A stretch of 63,861 nucleotides of DNA, counting the filler, from Platydemus manokwari (taxonomy: Eukaryota): assembly GCA_037951405.1 (NCBI GenBank). It is 5 parts of 5 records of this genome, joined end to end, with 100 filler letters (N's around TTAATTAATTAA, not from the genome) between each part and the next. Parts side by side here need not be neighbours in the genome. Positions count along the whole stretch, not along the records: positions 25,220 to 39,120 come from JBBMOY011583632.1; positions 39,221 to 50,986 come from JBBMOY010476664.1; 3 more parts are not named here. The stretch is one strand, 5' to 3'. Both the position numbers and the translations under genes were made by a program. Every line of letters begins with the position of its first letter. Position 1 is the first letter of the stretch. The notes below the pieces were generated by a model. That model was not told the origin of the DNA, searched no databases, and was given only the letters and a program-made list of their open reading frames with translations. Shown piece after piece: positions 26,472 to 40,860 of this stretch.

Positions 26472-26880
26472 TTAATTTATTTTTATATCCTCAATTGTGT
26501 TTTGAGGTAAAAACTTCATTAATGACGGTTTGGCCAATTTATGCCTGCGAGTATTGTCAATTATTTTCTCGATTTTTTCGAAGTATTGATTGCTATTTTC
26601 TTCCTTTCCTTTCCGGTATCTTAAAACTGTATCAATATCTGCAGCAAGATTAATTTTAGGTTCGCACGATTTTCTAAGGCTCTCTTCAAAACTTCTTTCT
26701 TTGGTGACCTCATGTGTTGGTAGCAATTTTATCCCGAGAAAAGCCCTCACCAGTGTTTCTTCGAATTATTTTGGCTGTTGAGTCAACTCAAAGAATCTTT
26801 TCGTTTCTGTGATGAATTTCTCCAAATAAACTTCTGCCTTTAATTGCTCTGGAGGTTTGATAAAATTTTGAATGTTGGCC
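26472..26880 (-). mobile_element. Possible LTR-retrotransposon gag relic
   Basis: IKPPEQLK..EKFITETKRFFELT..YRKGKEENSNQYFEKIEKI has a gag-like pattern; one internal stop. Confidence 0.35.
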
Positions 26881-27209
26881 ACTATGTAAGAAATAAGTCC
26901 ATTTATACGGAATGATTTATTTAATACAAATACAATGTTGTATACATCGTCTTATTACTGAAATTTTGGGAATTACTTTTCCAAAGAATAAAAAATGATT
27001 CAAATGAAATACGCTGTTTATTTTAGATATAGGAATGTTCATGGTGTAATTACATGACCTTTAAAACATTGTCCTTAATGGAAACAATTAATATTTGGAA
27101 TGTATGTTTGGTGATGAAGAAAAAATTGTTATAAAATATTTTTATATATTATATATTTATGTAAAAAAAACTATATTAAACTCATATTAACGATGATGGT
27201 GTTGGGATT

Positions 27210-27640
27210 TGCTTCTGAACAACTGAATAATCACTGACTCCAAAATTCCAAAGCTATTGACTTTATTTCGAACTTGCGTACTGATCACTACGACTTATAA
27301 AAATACATTAATACAATCAAACTAATGCTCGTATTACTTAAAAATATGTCCAAAACCTGGCTTTCAATTGGCAGTTAACTATTTTTACATCGATATTCAT
27401 GCTCAAGATCTGTGTGTAATTTTTGTGTCATGTTGTTTTGAGTTGGATTGATCAGTCCCTGTGTGTGTTGTTGTGCGGTTATGTCCTTTCTCTAATTGTC
27501 GTATACTATATAACTCCAATTTGATTGGTTGGTTACTTTGCTTGTATGGTTGTGTGAGCATGAAAATATTTACAGGAGTAAAACGAGGTTACCAAGGTGC
27601 AAATACTTTTTTCTTTTACAGAATTTTATCTCACAAAAAC
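27210..27640 (+). repeat. Dispersed ~500-bp repeat family, copy 2 (more diverged)
   Basis: Homologous blocks to 15263-15800 and 60335-60782 in the same order and orientation. Confidence 0.75.
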
Positions 27641-30600
27641 AAATTAAACTGTTGTTTAAAAACTTTGTGGTTCTCAAATGTCTTTCTAAAATTTTTAGAA
27701 GTTTTTGAAGTCTTCAGCTCTCAACTTTACCTTATCTATTTTGATGTTAGATTTGATCACATATATATTTAATATATTTCGAAATATTTTTCAAAAATAT
27801 TAGTATACAAATTTTATCACTGCATTTATCTTAATATTATATTCAAGATGTACGGAAAATCCAGTTGATGATCGCTGATTGATAATTACTGAAAAATTAA
27901 AAATTGCTAAAATTATTTCAAAAATTATTTTCTTTTCATTTTTTAAGGATTGTGACATACATTGAAATCATTATTAAAATTTATTAAGCAAATCGTTTTG
28001 CATAACACAATTTAACGTTATGGGTTTTAGTGGTTTAATTTTCATTATTTTATTTCTTGTGCCCTTGCATATTTATTCGATATGATGAATGAAAATACAT
28101 AATTTTACTAAATAAGAAATTTTAATATAAAATAATTGAAACATTTTTGCACTTCAGTTAGAATAGCAATCAAAATAATTAACTTTTAATTTATTTGTTA
28201 GTTGATTCATTATATCTCACAAAATCATTCACAACCGAAACCATCGGTTTTTTAAACAGCAAGGTATGAAACAGCGATAATTTATTATTTCATATCGATA
28301 ATGGATAAATTTCTTCATAAAAAAGAAACAGCAGAAATAGGTAAGCTTAAAGAATTGATTGCTTTGATTTCAGAATTTACAAATCTTGACATAGCTTCAT
28401 TTATAGAATTTTTAAATATCGAAAATGATAAAAAATATTTTTATAAATTGTATTAGACTTAATGCAATACCTTCAGAGATCTAAGAATTATCATCAATTT
28501 TTCTAATATTTTTGTTGAATCAATTTTAATGTGAAATTAATTTTATAGCCTGTTTTTCTCAGATGGTTTGATTGATTGTCATAGTCCTGCTTTCACAAAT
28601 GGTTTGTGCAACTTTTTGTTATTTTTCATGCAGAGAAAGTTTGATTAATTTTTTCGCTTTAACTAAACCTTTCATTCAGAAACAGTAGTAGTATATTTTG
28701 TTAATTGCAATTGAATATAATTATCGTGATGTGATATCAGATATACGAAAAAAAATTAAGTTGGAAAGCTTTAATTCACAGTCATTCCAATATTTCATAT
28801 TTATATTATCTCTGCTAAATCAGTACGATTGGTGAAAATTTAATAGTTTTACGCTATTGTTTGCTTGAAATCACTTAAAATATCTGTACTATGTGGATGA
28901 TTTTGGCTCAGAAATAATATTATAAGGCGATTTTAAGGAAATTGTTCATGTATGTTATGTAGGATCCAGAATTAAATAAAATACCTGTATGTAAAAGATA
29001 ATAATTTTCTATAATTATTATTTGATATAGAATAAATTTCACTTTTATCAAATAATTGTTATAAATTCATGCGAAAGTTCAGTATGTGATCAAAAACTAA
29101 GTAAAGATAAAATTTATTTACATATTTATTTTAATTATAATTCGTTAGAATGTTGTGATTTCTTATAGCTAATTTTAGATCTCAATTCATTTGAATTTTC
29201 TCATGTTAGCAGTATCAAACTACGATGTTAGTCTGGTCAACTTTCTGTTTAAGTAAATAAATTTTTACTCGATCATAAGCCTAAATTGTTACAGTTAATT
29301 ATGACAAACTAGATTTTTGAATTGCTTCTCTTTAATAAAAGATTAAAAACATGTTAATAATAAATATTTTTCTCACCGAATATTGTCAATTTTGATACAC
29401 AATACATCGTAATTCTGGTACAAAAGGGACGATCTTATTGTTGAAATCAGATTTGAAGTGAATATTTGATGGACTGATGAAAGGGGATTGGTAAAAGATT
29501 CATTGAAAACCAAGTATGGATAAGTTATTGTCAATTGATATTGACGCTTAGAATAATAAACATTATTTGATTTGGAGTTATAATATTGCAAGGTCCGTGA
29601 GTGGTTGAATTCTGAATTATTGGTTTGCGGTGTCAAAATGTCATGAAGAGTAACAACTGCGACCTCTGAAACAAAAAGATACATATACTTAAAGAAATAT
29701 TATCTTGAAAATGTTGGATATTACCTTCGACTACCAATAATAGCAAAAGTAGAATGAATGATCTACTTATCATAAGATTCTTGTGACAATTATGATCCTA
29801 ACAGGCTGGTATGATGCGGTGAGAAAAGTTGATGATAAAGGCTAATAAGAATAGTCGGTTAATCGGGATCTCTTACAAAATTCCAATATTAAAATGGAAA
29901 AAAAGTCTTAAATATACAAAAATTCAGGAACTGGTTAATAAACGGACCATTCGGTATTTTTATACATGATTGTGTGCGACTGAACATTTCGTTAAAATAT
30001 GATAGTGTGTACACTACCTTTATTTGTCAACTAAGGTATTGCAGCACAATGATATTTACAATAACCGAAGAAGATAAATTTCTCTTCATATTGGTCTGTA
30101 TAATTTATTGTATGATTCCAAAAATTATTATTTTCTAACGTTAAATAATCGAAGATTTATTTCTCATGCTTTAAATTAATCAGTTATTAATAATTGTTAA
30201 TACTTAACATCATTAATTTTATTATTGTGTTATAATTATTAAAGTTATAGCATTTAATTTCACTACCACAATTAATTTTTCCTCTATCTTATATATGGGT
30301 TACTAAAAATAGTTTTATGTAAATGTTAACAGTTTTCTTTGGTTTGAAAGCTCAAGTGAAATTTACTTTATTTGCTGTCACTTTTTATCCAATGTGTATA
30401 GACATTTAGATCTTATTCATAATTGAATTTACACACAATGGGTAATTTGCTTTTGGTCGACGATTGTTTTATTAATTTAACTTTTTTATCAAACCAAAGT
30501 GCAATTGATTAAAATCTTATGTATTGCTGATTTTAATTATTGTTTTGCTGATTCTAAAGAGGAAATTTCTACATTTTAATTTCAAATACATCGAATATTG

Positions 30601-33600
30601 TTTTTACGACTCAATTAAAGGTTTCAAGAAAAATTGTAACCTCGTTCTAATTGAAAAATTAAGTCATCGATATCTAAAATGATGTTATATTATAACCTCA
30701 TATTATAAATATCTAATTAAGCCATAATAAAATTAAAATTTACTTTCAATTAATAATTTGTATTATTTGATCCATCTTTATATATTTTAGTTTTATTATT
30801 TTAAAATTCTTTTAAAACTGTACAACCAAAATTTAAAACTATAAACGAAAAAAAATCGTCCACAAACATAGCTCATTGATTCAGTGTTGTATCAAATTTT
30901 AGAATAAGTATTAAAAAATTAAATATCAATTAAAGTTTTAATCAATTACAGTTATCAAGCTTATTAATTTAAGTTTGTTGTGTTCACCAAAATAAAGTAT
31001 TTCAAACAAGAACAAATTTTTATCAAATTCAATCAAATCGGTTTTCATTTAAATAAATACAATACGAACTGCCACTCTATTGGTTACACTTAACGAATTA
31101 CGTGACAATGTAATCGTGAAATAACGAAAATTATCCACATGGCAATTTTTACGGATTAGGTGAATTATTTTATTGAACTTTAATTACACAAAAAGTCCAT
31201 TTTCGCGGAGGAGTATTTTCAGTTAAATTATCTCGTTTATTGTTTATTGGAACAGTGTTGTATAGCTTTGAATGTGTTGTTAAAATGAATTACAATTCAA
31301 TTTACAACCCAGTCTAATTTCATTCACAATTATATTCACGTAAGTGACTCATGCAGTTTGATACGATTAAAATAGCCGCAAATATACATTGTGAATGGGC
31401 TTGCAAATTTTATTATTGTGATTCTATTTTGAATGAAATTCATATGGAAGGGCTTATTATTTTACAAGCTTTGAATTAATATTTTATTTAAAATCATTAC
31501 AATTGATTGAATTGTTAATTATAATTACCCTCAACCGCTTGTAATCTGAATAACATAACCCTATTAAATCAATTATGAAATCAGAACATTTTAATTCACT
31601 CATTTTTGGAAGGAGACACCTACTGGTTGATGTTACGATATTTATTATCAGGTATTTCAGTTGACAATAAAAATTAGTCATTACTTGTTTCTTTATTTTA
31701 ATTTCGAATTGTATTTGTTGATGAAAAGGTGTGAAATTAATATTTTAGTAAAACTGGATTGAATAATTTTAGTTTAATGAATAAATGCAACAATAATTGA
31801 CTAATATTGTATAATTTTACGTATAATATTCGACAATTAATGTTGTTTGGTAGAAACGATTTATCACCATATGAAATTTCTAAAGTTAGTGCAATGTTTG
31901 TTTTAATTTCTTGTCAATTTTTAAACCAATTTTTATTATAATTTCCGAAATGGAAAATCTCATCTTTGAACTTTAATTTACAGAATAATTATGTCATTCT
32001 ATTTAGTTTCAGTTAAGGAAGTGTGGAATTAATTTCAATGTTTTACTAGAAGTATCCGTAAAAATCATTAAACTTTGAACTCCATAAATTTTTAATTATA
32101 AAAATATTTCAGTAAGGACCAACTGATATTTTTAAAGATTTATGAGTCGGATTGTGGAGTTGTATTTTCTTAATGGACCCATATACTTGGTCAGAAAGTC
32201 AAAATCGAATTGATTTTCTCTCCAACTCACCATCTTTTTTAAGAACATATTCTATAATACCAAAGAAAATATTACAGGAATTGTATGAATTTCTTTTGGA
32301 ATTTTATAATTTGTTTGAGAATATATTTGATAGGTTTTTTTAATTTAATTTTAAACAACTTAAAGAAATCTTGACATGGTATTAAGTAGAAATATTTAGT
32401 TTTTTAATCTCAATGAAATATAATTGATCTGAACAGTTAGCACTTATCCTTTAATATTTATAGAATTAGAGTAGCCTTGACAACAATGATCACTAACAAA
32501 ATAATGCTTAAATATTTGTTTTGTTATTCTGCGAATAAATACTACGAATTTTTGGATTACATACAAACGTGACATTTGATTCAAATATATCAATCACTCC
32601 AACAATGGTTGACCTTGGCGAGAAGTTCGTTTTTGTGACAAATTTTTACGAATCCTTATTAAACAATACTAATTTATTTTATAATAACTTTTAAGTACAT
32701 AATATAAAATTTACGAATTTATTACAACATATTATTATAAACAAAAAATTAAAATCCATGCCAACTAAGATAAACAGAGTTCAATAAATTTCCAGGCTAC
32801 GTTAGTGAAATTAAATTATTTTATAATTTTGGAGAACTTTGGTACACCAGGTATTTACAATAAACTATTTGATCCATTTTTTAAAATTATCAAGAATAAC
32901 TTGTACTTTCAAAGAAAAGCATATCTATGCCAATTAAATGTATAAATTTAACTACAAACCATATTATAATAAAGATATAGTTATTGATTTTAAACAAAAA
33001 TTAATCGACACAGATTCCACATTTTAATTAAATATATGGGTAATTATTTTCACATGATATGTTGATGTTAAATAATCATTTCTTTTACCTTCGTTACACT
33101 TCATTTCCTTCATATGGCTGTTAAATGTTTTAAAATGTTTTTACATCATGTAATGTTTAATTAGAACATGTTGTCAAGCTATATTTCGAATATGATAATT
33201 TATTCGAAATTAAAAGATATCTTTCATTTCATTTTATATTATATAAAACTTTTATCCATTAGAATTCTTATAAATTATTCTTCCCGACATAACGGAATAA
33301 TTGAAGAGCATTTAACATTCTAACAAGATTCAATGCCAGATTATTAAAACAAAAAATTTTGTTTGAATTATTATCGATGTATTTTTTTCCATTGGTACAA
33401 AGCACAAAAGGTTTTGGTAATAAAATTCACCGGAAAGTGTCTAATGTTCACAAAAATATTTCTTTTACAAAAATATCACTTTACAATAAGGTTAATGTAG
33501 ATCGAATTTGACATTTTAAATACCAAAATTTCTTAACAATTGGAAACGTTTTTTCGACTACAATTGTCTGAAATTTTAAGACGTGACAAAATATTAAAGT

Positions 33601-33954
33601 AAATAACCACTTACAATTCACTGATCACTACTAACGACTTAATAAATGATGACAGGACCTATTACGGTTATTGACATGTCACCATGTCCCAAATATCAAG
33701 TAACGTATACCACCATAGATCTATGCGAAATAAATCGCCTAATATAAAATGGTAGGCATACAAAGTCCATTTAAACATTAATCTCTACATCAATGTATAT
33801 ACGTCTCGAAACCGATATTCACAAATACGTCACACATGGACACTTTTTCCACAAATAATTTTACAGATATTTTTTTTTTAATATCGATTTGGATTTTAGT
33901 TTTTCGAGCAAATAAAAAAATCAAGACAAAACTTTATGCTTTACAAAACACAAA

Positions 33955-35252
33955 TCATTCCAAGATCTCGACGACATTGGATGAATCTGTCGACAGATCG
34001 CTATTCATCAACGGCATCCAAATACTGGACTGAATCTGACCGACAGCGATTTGGGCAAATTGTGGATTGCATTCCAATGCACCGATATTCAACGGTGGCG
34101 TGCTACCGGATCGACCGGGATTATTGAAGCCTCCTGCCGATGTCCCACCTTCCGATGACTGCAACAGAGCAACCCTTTGAGCATTCGACACTCGCCAAAC
34201 ATACAGACGGCCTTCTGGACTACCAGCCATTAAATAGCGACTGTCGGGAGTAAAACAAGCATTGATATCGATTTGGGAAGGATTTGTCCCAAGAATCTAT
34301 AACAGTGATTAATAATATTCCCCAACAGAACGATATTCCTGAGTAACTACTTGTAATTGGTGAAGAGATCGTCCGGTAAATGAATCCAAAAGTGCGATTT
34401 GCGTACCCATCCCGCTTAATAATAACATTTTCCCATCTGGCGAGAACCTTAACGACGTAACATCGACTCGAGTATTTTCATGATGTAAAGCTGGCAATGA
34501 GAATGTTAGAAATGGACCTTGTTCAAAAGTTCGTAAATCGTAAAGTTTACACGTTTCTGAATTGATGCAAACACAGAAAATCAAACCCTCTGGATCGATG
34601 GCAGCTAACCCTTTATTCGGTAGTTGCATCAAGGCCTAGAACATTAATAAAAAAACCTATTGAGAGAAATAAATGAAAATTAACTTGACAATTTGAAGTG
34701 CGCAAATCCCACAACCTAATCGTTTTGTCCAGGGAACCAGAAAGAAATGTATCATTCGTAGGAGACATAGACAAACTAATGACTCTACAATTTTTAATAA
34801 AATTCAATTACTTTTAATAATTCCTAACTTTTTAGTATGACCTGGGTAAACTCGAATATATTTATTATCATGCAATGATAAATATCTTAAATTATCTGAA
34901 ATAGATTACAAATACAGCATTCCATGTTTAAAAAGTTTAAAAATTAATAACCATCGATTTTGTTAGACGCATGGATAACTGCTGTTGAACAGTGTGTAAA
35001 TTTAATCATTTCTATCCCATATTTCTTACTATAAATAGTTTGTAAGTGTCTACAAGTATTTAAAATTTTTATATTTTTGCAATTACCTTACTTTCCATTT
35101 ATTACATCGTAAACATTAATAGAATCATCATGACTGGATGAAATTAATTTTTCACCATTAGATGTAAAATTTAGAGCATTAACTTTGTCTGAATTGTCTT
35201 TAAAGCATTTAAAACACTCATAACTTCTCAAATTATCATCATTTAATTTCAT
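33955..35252 (-). CDS. WDR82: WD repeat-containing protein 82 (Swd2 family), 6 exons
   Basis: Spliced: [114 protein letters not shown]; matches WDR82 throughout. Confidence 0.95.
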
Positions 35253-35347
35253 CGCAAATCTTATGAATATTAAAACAATAAGTTAAATAAATTATAATTA
35301 AGTTTTATTTTATATAACATAATATATGCACAAAGTCATTTGAACAA

Positions 35348-38051
35348 TTATTCTTTTCTTGGATCCACTGAAGATGAAGGCGGCAAATTAGCTGGATATA
35401 ATTCTGTTATATTATCAACTGCTAATAGTTCGCCATCAAACCGTTTTCTTTTGGGCGAAAGCACATTCTCAGCAGCCAAAGAAAGCACCTCTCGCAAAGT
35501 TAAAGTACCTAATTATAAATAAATTCATTTTCATCAACATTTTTAAATAACCTTGTTCTGGTCGCCGCTGTTGCTTTCGAGATGAAAAATTATTTTTACT
35601 GTTATTAGTACTTATTTTATTTATACTTGAATTGGTATTTGGAAAATTATTGTCCCTGAAAATTATTATTTAATGTCTAAACATGTTCCCACTTACTGTG
35701 ACTGTGTAATGGACTTCAGTTTTGCTCCAGAATCCTTAAGCAAACGCTCCAATTTTGGTAAGCCCACATGAACATTACCATTATGTCCCTCATCGCCAGA
35801 TAATAATGTTCCGATATCAACAACACCCTTTAAACTGCTACCAAATACTTCAAAGGAATCTAACACCTCTTTGTGAGCTGGCGATCTATCTTGATACAAC
35901 CAGAGAAGAAGTTCCAATTCTGTTTTAAAAGCTTTTGTATCTTGTGTGCTTTATTTGTGTAATAATAATAATAATAATAATAATAATATAAGCTGGTAAT
36001 ATTTACCCTGTTTTTTTCGCAGTTTTTTCAGCATTGCTCTGATCGAATATCATTTGTTGAAGAAACCCAATACAGTTGCTCTTCTCTGAAAAATCAAGAT
36101 GCTTTTTAGCCAAAATCTCAGCCACTTTTGGCATCAAAGGCTACCAAATGATTGAATCAATGAACGTTTGTTATTCGACAATGATTTACCTTATTAAAAA
36201 TCAAAGTATCACTGGTAAGTTCGGGCCAATAACGTGTATGTTGTTCAATTTCCCTCAATGCTAACACAGCGACAATCACTGCTTGGTCAGATAATTAACC
36301 GATTTATATTTACCTCTATCCATTGGCAGAAAGGACGATTGCGGAGCAGCCGGAACCAGACGATTATTCAATATGAATTGACTAAAATCCGTTGTTCGGA
36401 GCTTGTTGAGAATCTTTTTGCTTGCCAATTCCGAAATATGGGGTATTTTGGTTTGGGAATCCGAACTGGGAAATATTGGATCTCGATGGGCACACAACGT
36501 ATGGACATGCAATAAACCGCTATGACTTGTTAATAAAAGGAGTTCATATTTCGGTTCCGGTAAACCGGGTGGCGCATGCGGTATGAGTCCATGATCAACT
36601 TCCAACACAACACTGCGGCCTGAACGTAAAATAACATTAATAAATCCCGTTAACAAATACTATTGCCGACCTTCAAGAACAAAATTGGCCAAACAACATG
36701 AAGCCCGATGACAAACATCGGCTGTTGTTATTCTATAAACACTATTCGTGTTATAATATTCTATTAAAAACCATTATTAACAATTATTCTGACATCACTA
36801 TCTAATTAAGCTCTACCGATATCTTGGGTTTGTTTTGGTGTCACCCATCGGATACCAATGCAACTGGAAAATCCACAATAAGGACGATGAGCCATCGTCA
36901 TTAGAGGCAACAATCCTGCTTGGACTATGTGATCTAATGCGGCCCGTGGATGAATTAATTCCACTCCATACATAGCGCTTTGGGTATTGTTTGTGTCTTC
37001 CTTCATGGGGATATTTTGAACTAGAATACACGCTAACTGGTGATGCTGTTCACACAATGCCATTAAGGATCTATGAAGATCTCGATTCGCCATAACTGTT
37101 TGACGGTAAAGCAAATGAGAGCTAGATTGTCCGGGCTAAATGAATAATATATATATTCGAACGGGTTATCATTAATCACTGAAGATGTCGTTAAAATCAA
37201 TTAGAATAGTTAATTATATTTATAAATTACCAATAATAAATGAAATATACCGAAACAAGAACAGGCAAATCATCACCCTGAGTGCCATCTAATATTGGTT
37301 CTACATCAATGAAATACCATTCACTAGCAGACACTTGTTGGCTGTTATTCAAAGTTAATATTTTAATATTAAGCGACATGTATTACCGAGAAGTTCCAAC
37401 AACGTCAGAAGCCAAAGAAGAATTAACATCTTCGATCCAATGGATTACATTCTCACTGAATATTGATTAAGCATTTTGACTAATATTGAAAATTATACCC
37501 CATCTTATATCCTAAAACAATTACTCTACCAGCATTGAGATGATCTTGATCTGGTTTCAGTTCTAGTATAGATTTTACGGAATTAAATCCAGGTAATACA
37601 TCGGGAACTAGGCTAGGTGTAGCATTTTGTGGAGAACCTATTTCAGATAACACTTTCATCCACTATACATTAAATAATTTTAAAAACATTTAAAAGTGCT
37701 ATAATGTTACATTTCGCCATGATTGTTGAGTTTTATCGTTAGTTGATATACATATTCTTTCTTTAGAATCAACCACAACCAGAGCCATCTGACAAATTAA
37801 TTTTATAACGTTTATATACATTAAAAATGAACTTCTCTTTCTGTTCCAAAAATATCATAGACAATCCTTATATATTCTAGAACACTTTCACAAACTGCAC
37901 TCCATAAAGTTTTGCTATACGTTAAAGGATTTGCGGAAAACGATTTTTTCGATTCTAAAGATATGTCAACACCAGATGGGATTAACATGTCACTTGTGTG
38001 AACAAGTACAAATATTGTTTTTTGGTTTAAAAGCTCAGAATGTTTTGTCAT
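35348..38051 (-). CDS. INTS13: Integrator complex subunit 13 (asunder), multi-exon
   Basis: KTIFVLVH..SKTLWSAVCESVLEYIRIVYDIF, NAGRVIV, NIPMKED..YGVELIHP, YRITTADV..CLANFVLEGRSVVLE, EQHTRYWP..TLIFN and C-terminal RFDGEL..TELY all align with asunder/INTS13; all introns GT-AG; stop TAA at 35350-35348. Confidence 0.9.
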
Positions 38052-39120
38052 TAATAATATAAAAAACTATAAATTATTTCTGAATAATATTTAAGAAATT
38101 TGAAAATTATAAAATTTTATTGGATATATTAAAACAAATGACCTCAAAACTGTTTATTGATTTATACATTTATATATATTGGATACAGACACTTAAAGCG
38201 TATGGGTATATACTACTAAAATAAAAGATTCATAGATTATTTTTGGGGAACACGCAAATAGCCAGGTCATTATTATAAGTTTACAATAGTCATTGTTAAG
38301 TATTCTTTGATTATTTCTTTGAATTATTTGAAATAATATTACATGTTATGGTCACTCGGCTCCAACTTAACTAATAAGTGAGTACATAAATTCTCTTTTT
38401 AATTGAAAAGAAAAACTTGTTATATGAAAATACTTTATTTATCTATGGCACATGTGTGCTTGCATTACAATTTATTCAATTTTCAATGAACTACCTAGCT
38501 TTTACAAAGCCTGCGAGTAAAGTTTATAAAACTAGTAACTAATTTTCCTATTATAAAATTACCATCATTTACTGTAAGTTTAAACATATATGTTTTAACA
38601 ATTTGATTGGCAACTTACTTGTTTGATACTAAAAAATTATTTAATATACAATAACGATTTACTCAAAGCTTGTATTTAACAAGTGAGTTAATCAATTAAC
38701 ATCATTACACAATTTCCCTTAAAACAAACACAATAGTTGTATAATTATTTATTCAGTCGAAATAACAAATACGACACTCATTTTAAATGAGACTATTCGA
38801 TTCACAAAAAATGAATTAATTATCTTTCAGGTTTTAATTATTAAGTTGTAGATGTTGAAATCCCTACAATTCTCAGAAAAGTATTTATGGTTAATAAACT
38901 CCACATAGAAGTACAACCTTATAAAATGAACCTTTTTCAAGTAAATATGTAATATGCATATAAATAATTATATATGATATTAACACTTAGGGTGTTTTAT
39001 GTTTCCTCTAAATCAAAAGGTTTCGATTTTTCCTTGTTAGGTCTGTGATATTAACACTAAGTTCTTCCAATTCATAACTTAGTTCTTCGTTACAAATTTT
39101 CTCTAGTGACTTTAATTAAT

Positions 39121-39220
39121 NNNNNNNNNNNNNNNNNNNNNNNNNNNNNNNNNNNNNNNNNNNNTTAATTAATTAANNNNNNNNNNNNNNNNNNNNNNNN
39201 NNNNNNNNNNNNNNNNNNNN
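39121..39220. other. Assembly gap spacer
   Basis: N44-TTAATTAATTAA-N44. Confidence 0.99.
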
Positions 39221-40860
39221 ATTTATCGGAAAAAATTTTATCATTATTATTCATGTCATTCTGCCCACACGCCTACATTTTAATTAGTGTGGGTTTTGGG
39301 TTTTTAATTATTATTATTTATTATTAATTTGTGGGGTTATATTATATAATTTATAGGCTTGCAGCCTGCATGGGTATTATCCCGACATTTAATTTAATTT
39401 AATAGATTTCTACGCTGTCCCGCTTATCTCCTTATCGGTTGAGAACGTCGAAGCGAAAGAACATCAGTATACATAGGTCATATTACTCCTGAGAGTCAAA
39501 ACGAACTACGAGAACTTATCAAGTCGTAGATTTCAATCAAATCAAATAATAATTGATACAGAAATAAAAGCAGTGACCTCAAAACATAATAGAATAGATT
39601 TTTCATAATTCCCATAAAAATAGTATTAAAGCAGAAAGAAAAATCAGGAAATCGTGCAAAACAGGCGGAAATAATTATGGTGCTTATAGAAAGGACTTCG
39701 CAATTTCTAAGTGTCAAATTGGTAAAATATTGATTTTTGTGAGTTATAGTAAACTGTTTATTTAAAATTTTAATGACCGATAATGTCTTTGTATAATATC
39801 ATTGTATAATTGAAAATCGTTTCAAATAACGAAATATAATTTTAGTATTCGTGCTTTCTTACCCCTAGCCTTTTATATAAAGTATTTCGTTGTCATTTTC
39901 TTTTTCTGTTACATCATATTTACTTGATATTCTGGCATATCTTGTCAATTTTGTTTCGAAATTTCTAATTTTTCACTATTTGTTTGAGCTAGCAATTATG
40001 TGTATTTTTTTTCATTTTCAGTTTCACTTTTTGAGAAGTGGTATTTTGCCAATTGTTAGTTTGTCTGACTTCCTGATAACCCTTAGAATTTTTATCCTTA
40101 TGAAAATTCGTACTTATTATCTATAAATTATTTTTCTTTTTATCTTTCCAAAAACTTTCCGAAGTCGTACTTTTCACAGAATTTTTGTTTCCAAGCTTTT
40201 ACTTTCAGTCGAAAATCTTCTTGTGTGAGCGAATTTTATGATTTTTCCATTCATTATAAAGTATTTTCTATGAAGGATTCTGAATAATCATCTTTGTTTA
40301 TTATTTTCTTTTTCCCTATTTTATTTTAAAATTATTTTAAAAATCCGCCTACATTAATAATTTTAATTTATTTTTCGTCCACATTTTAAAATTCCCATTT
40401 CGCCCTTTTTAATTAATTAATTTTTAAACCACTAATTTCTTTAGATTATATATAATCATAAGGTCACCTACTAAATATCCGTTTTATTGAACGACAAATA
40501 TTTCATTAATTATTATATTTCCTCGAATGGCATGTAATGCTCGATTCCATAAACAATTATCACAAAAAACATGATGAAAAATTAGGAAACATTTTCTATA
40601 ATTTTGAGGAACTGGTCTTAAGAAAGTCTCAAATAAATACATTTTCAATAAACAAGGATGTAATAAATACAATAAAAGAGAAGACCAGAGAGCTTTTTGA
40701 TTTATTGAATATTTATTTGTTTGTGTTTAAAATGAAAATGGATAGCATAATTTTATTACAATTATTAAGGTGAATCCATTCTTAGGAAAAGAGCTATTAT
40801 TTAAATATATTTGTTTATATATGTATATTATTTTTTTCAAACATTATTATATTTAAAATT

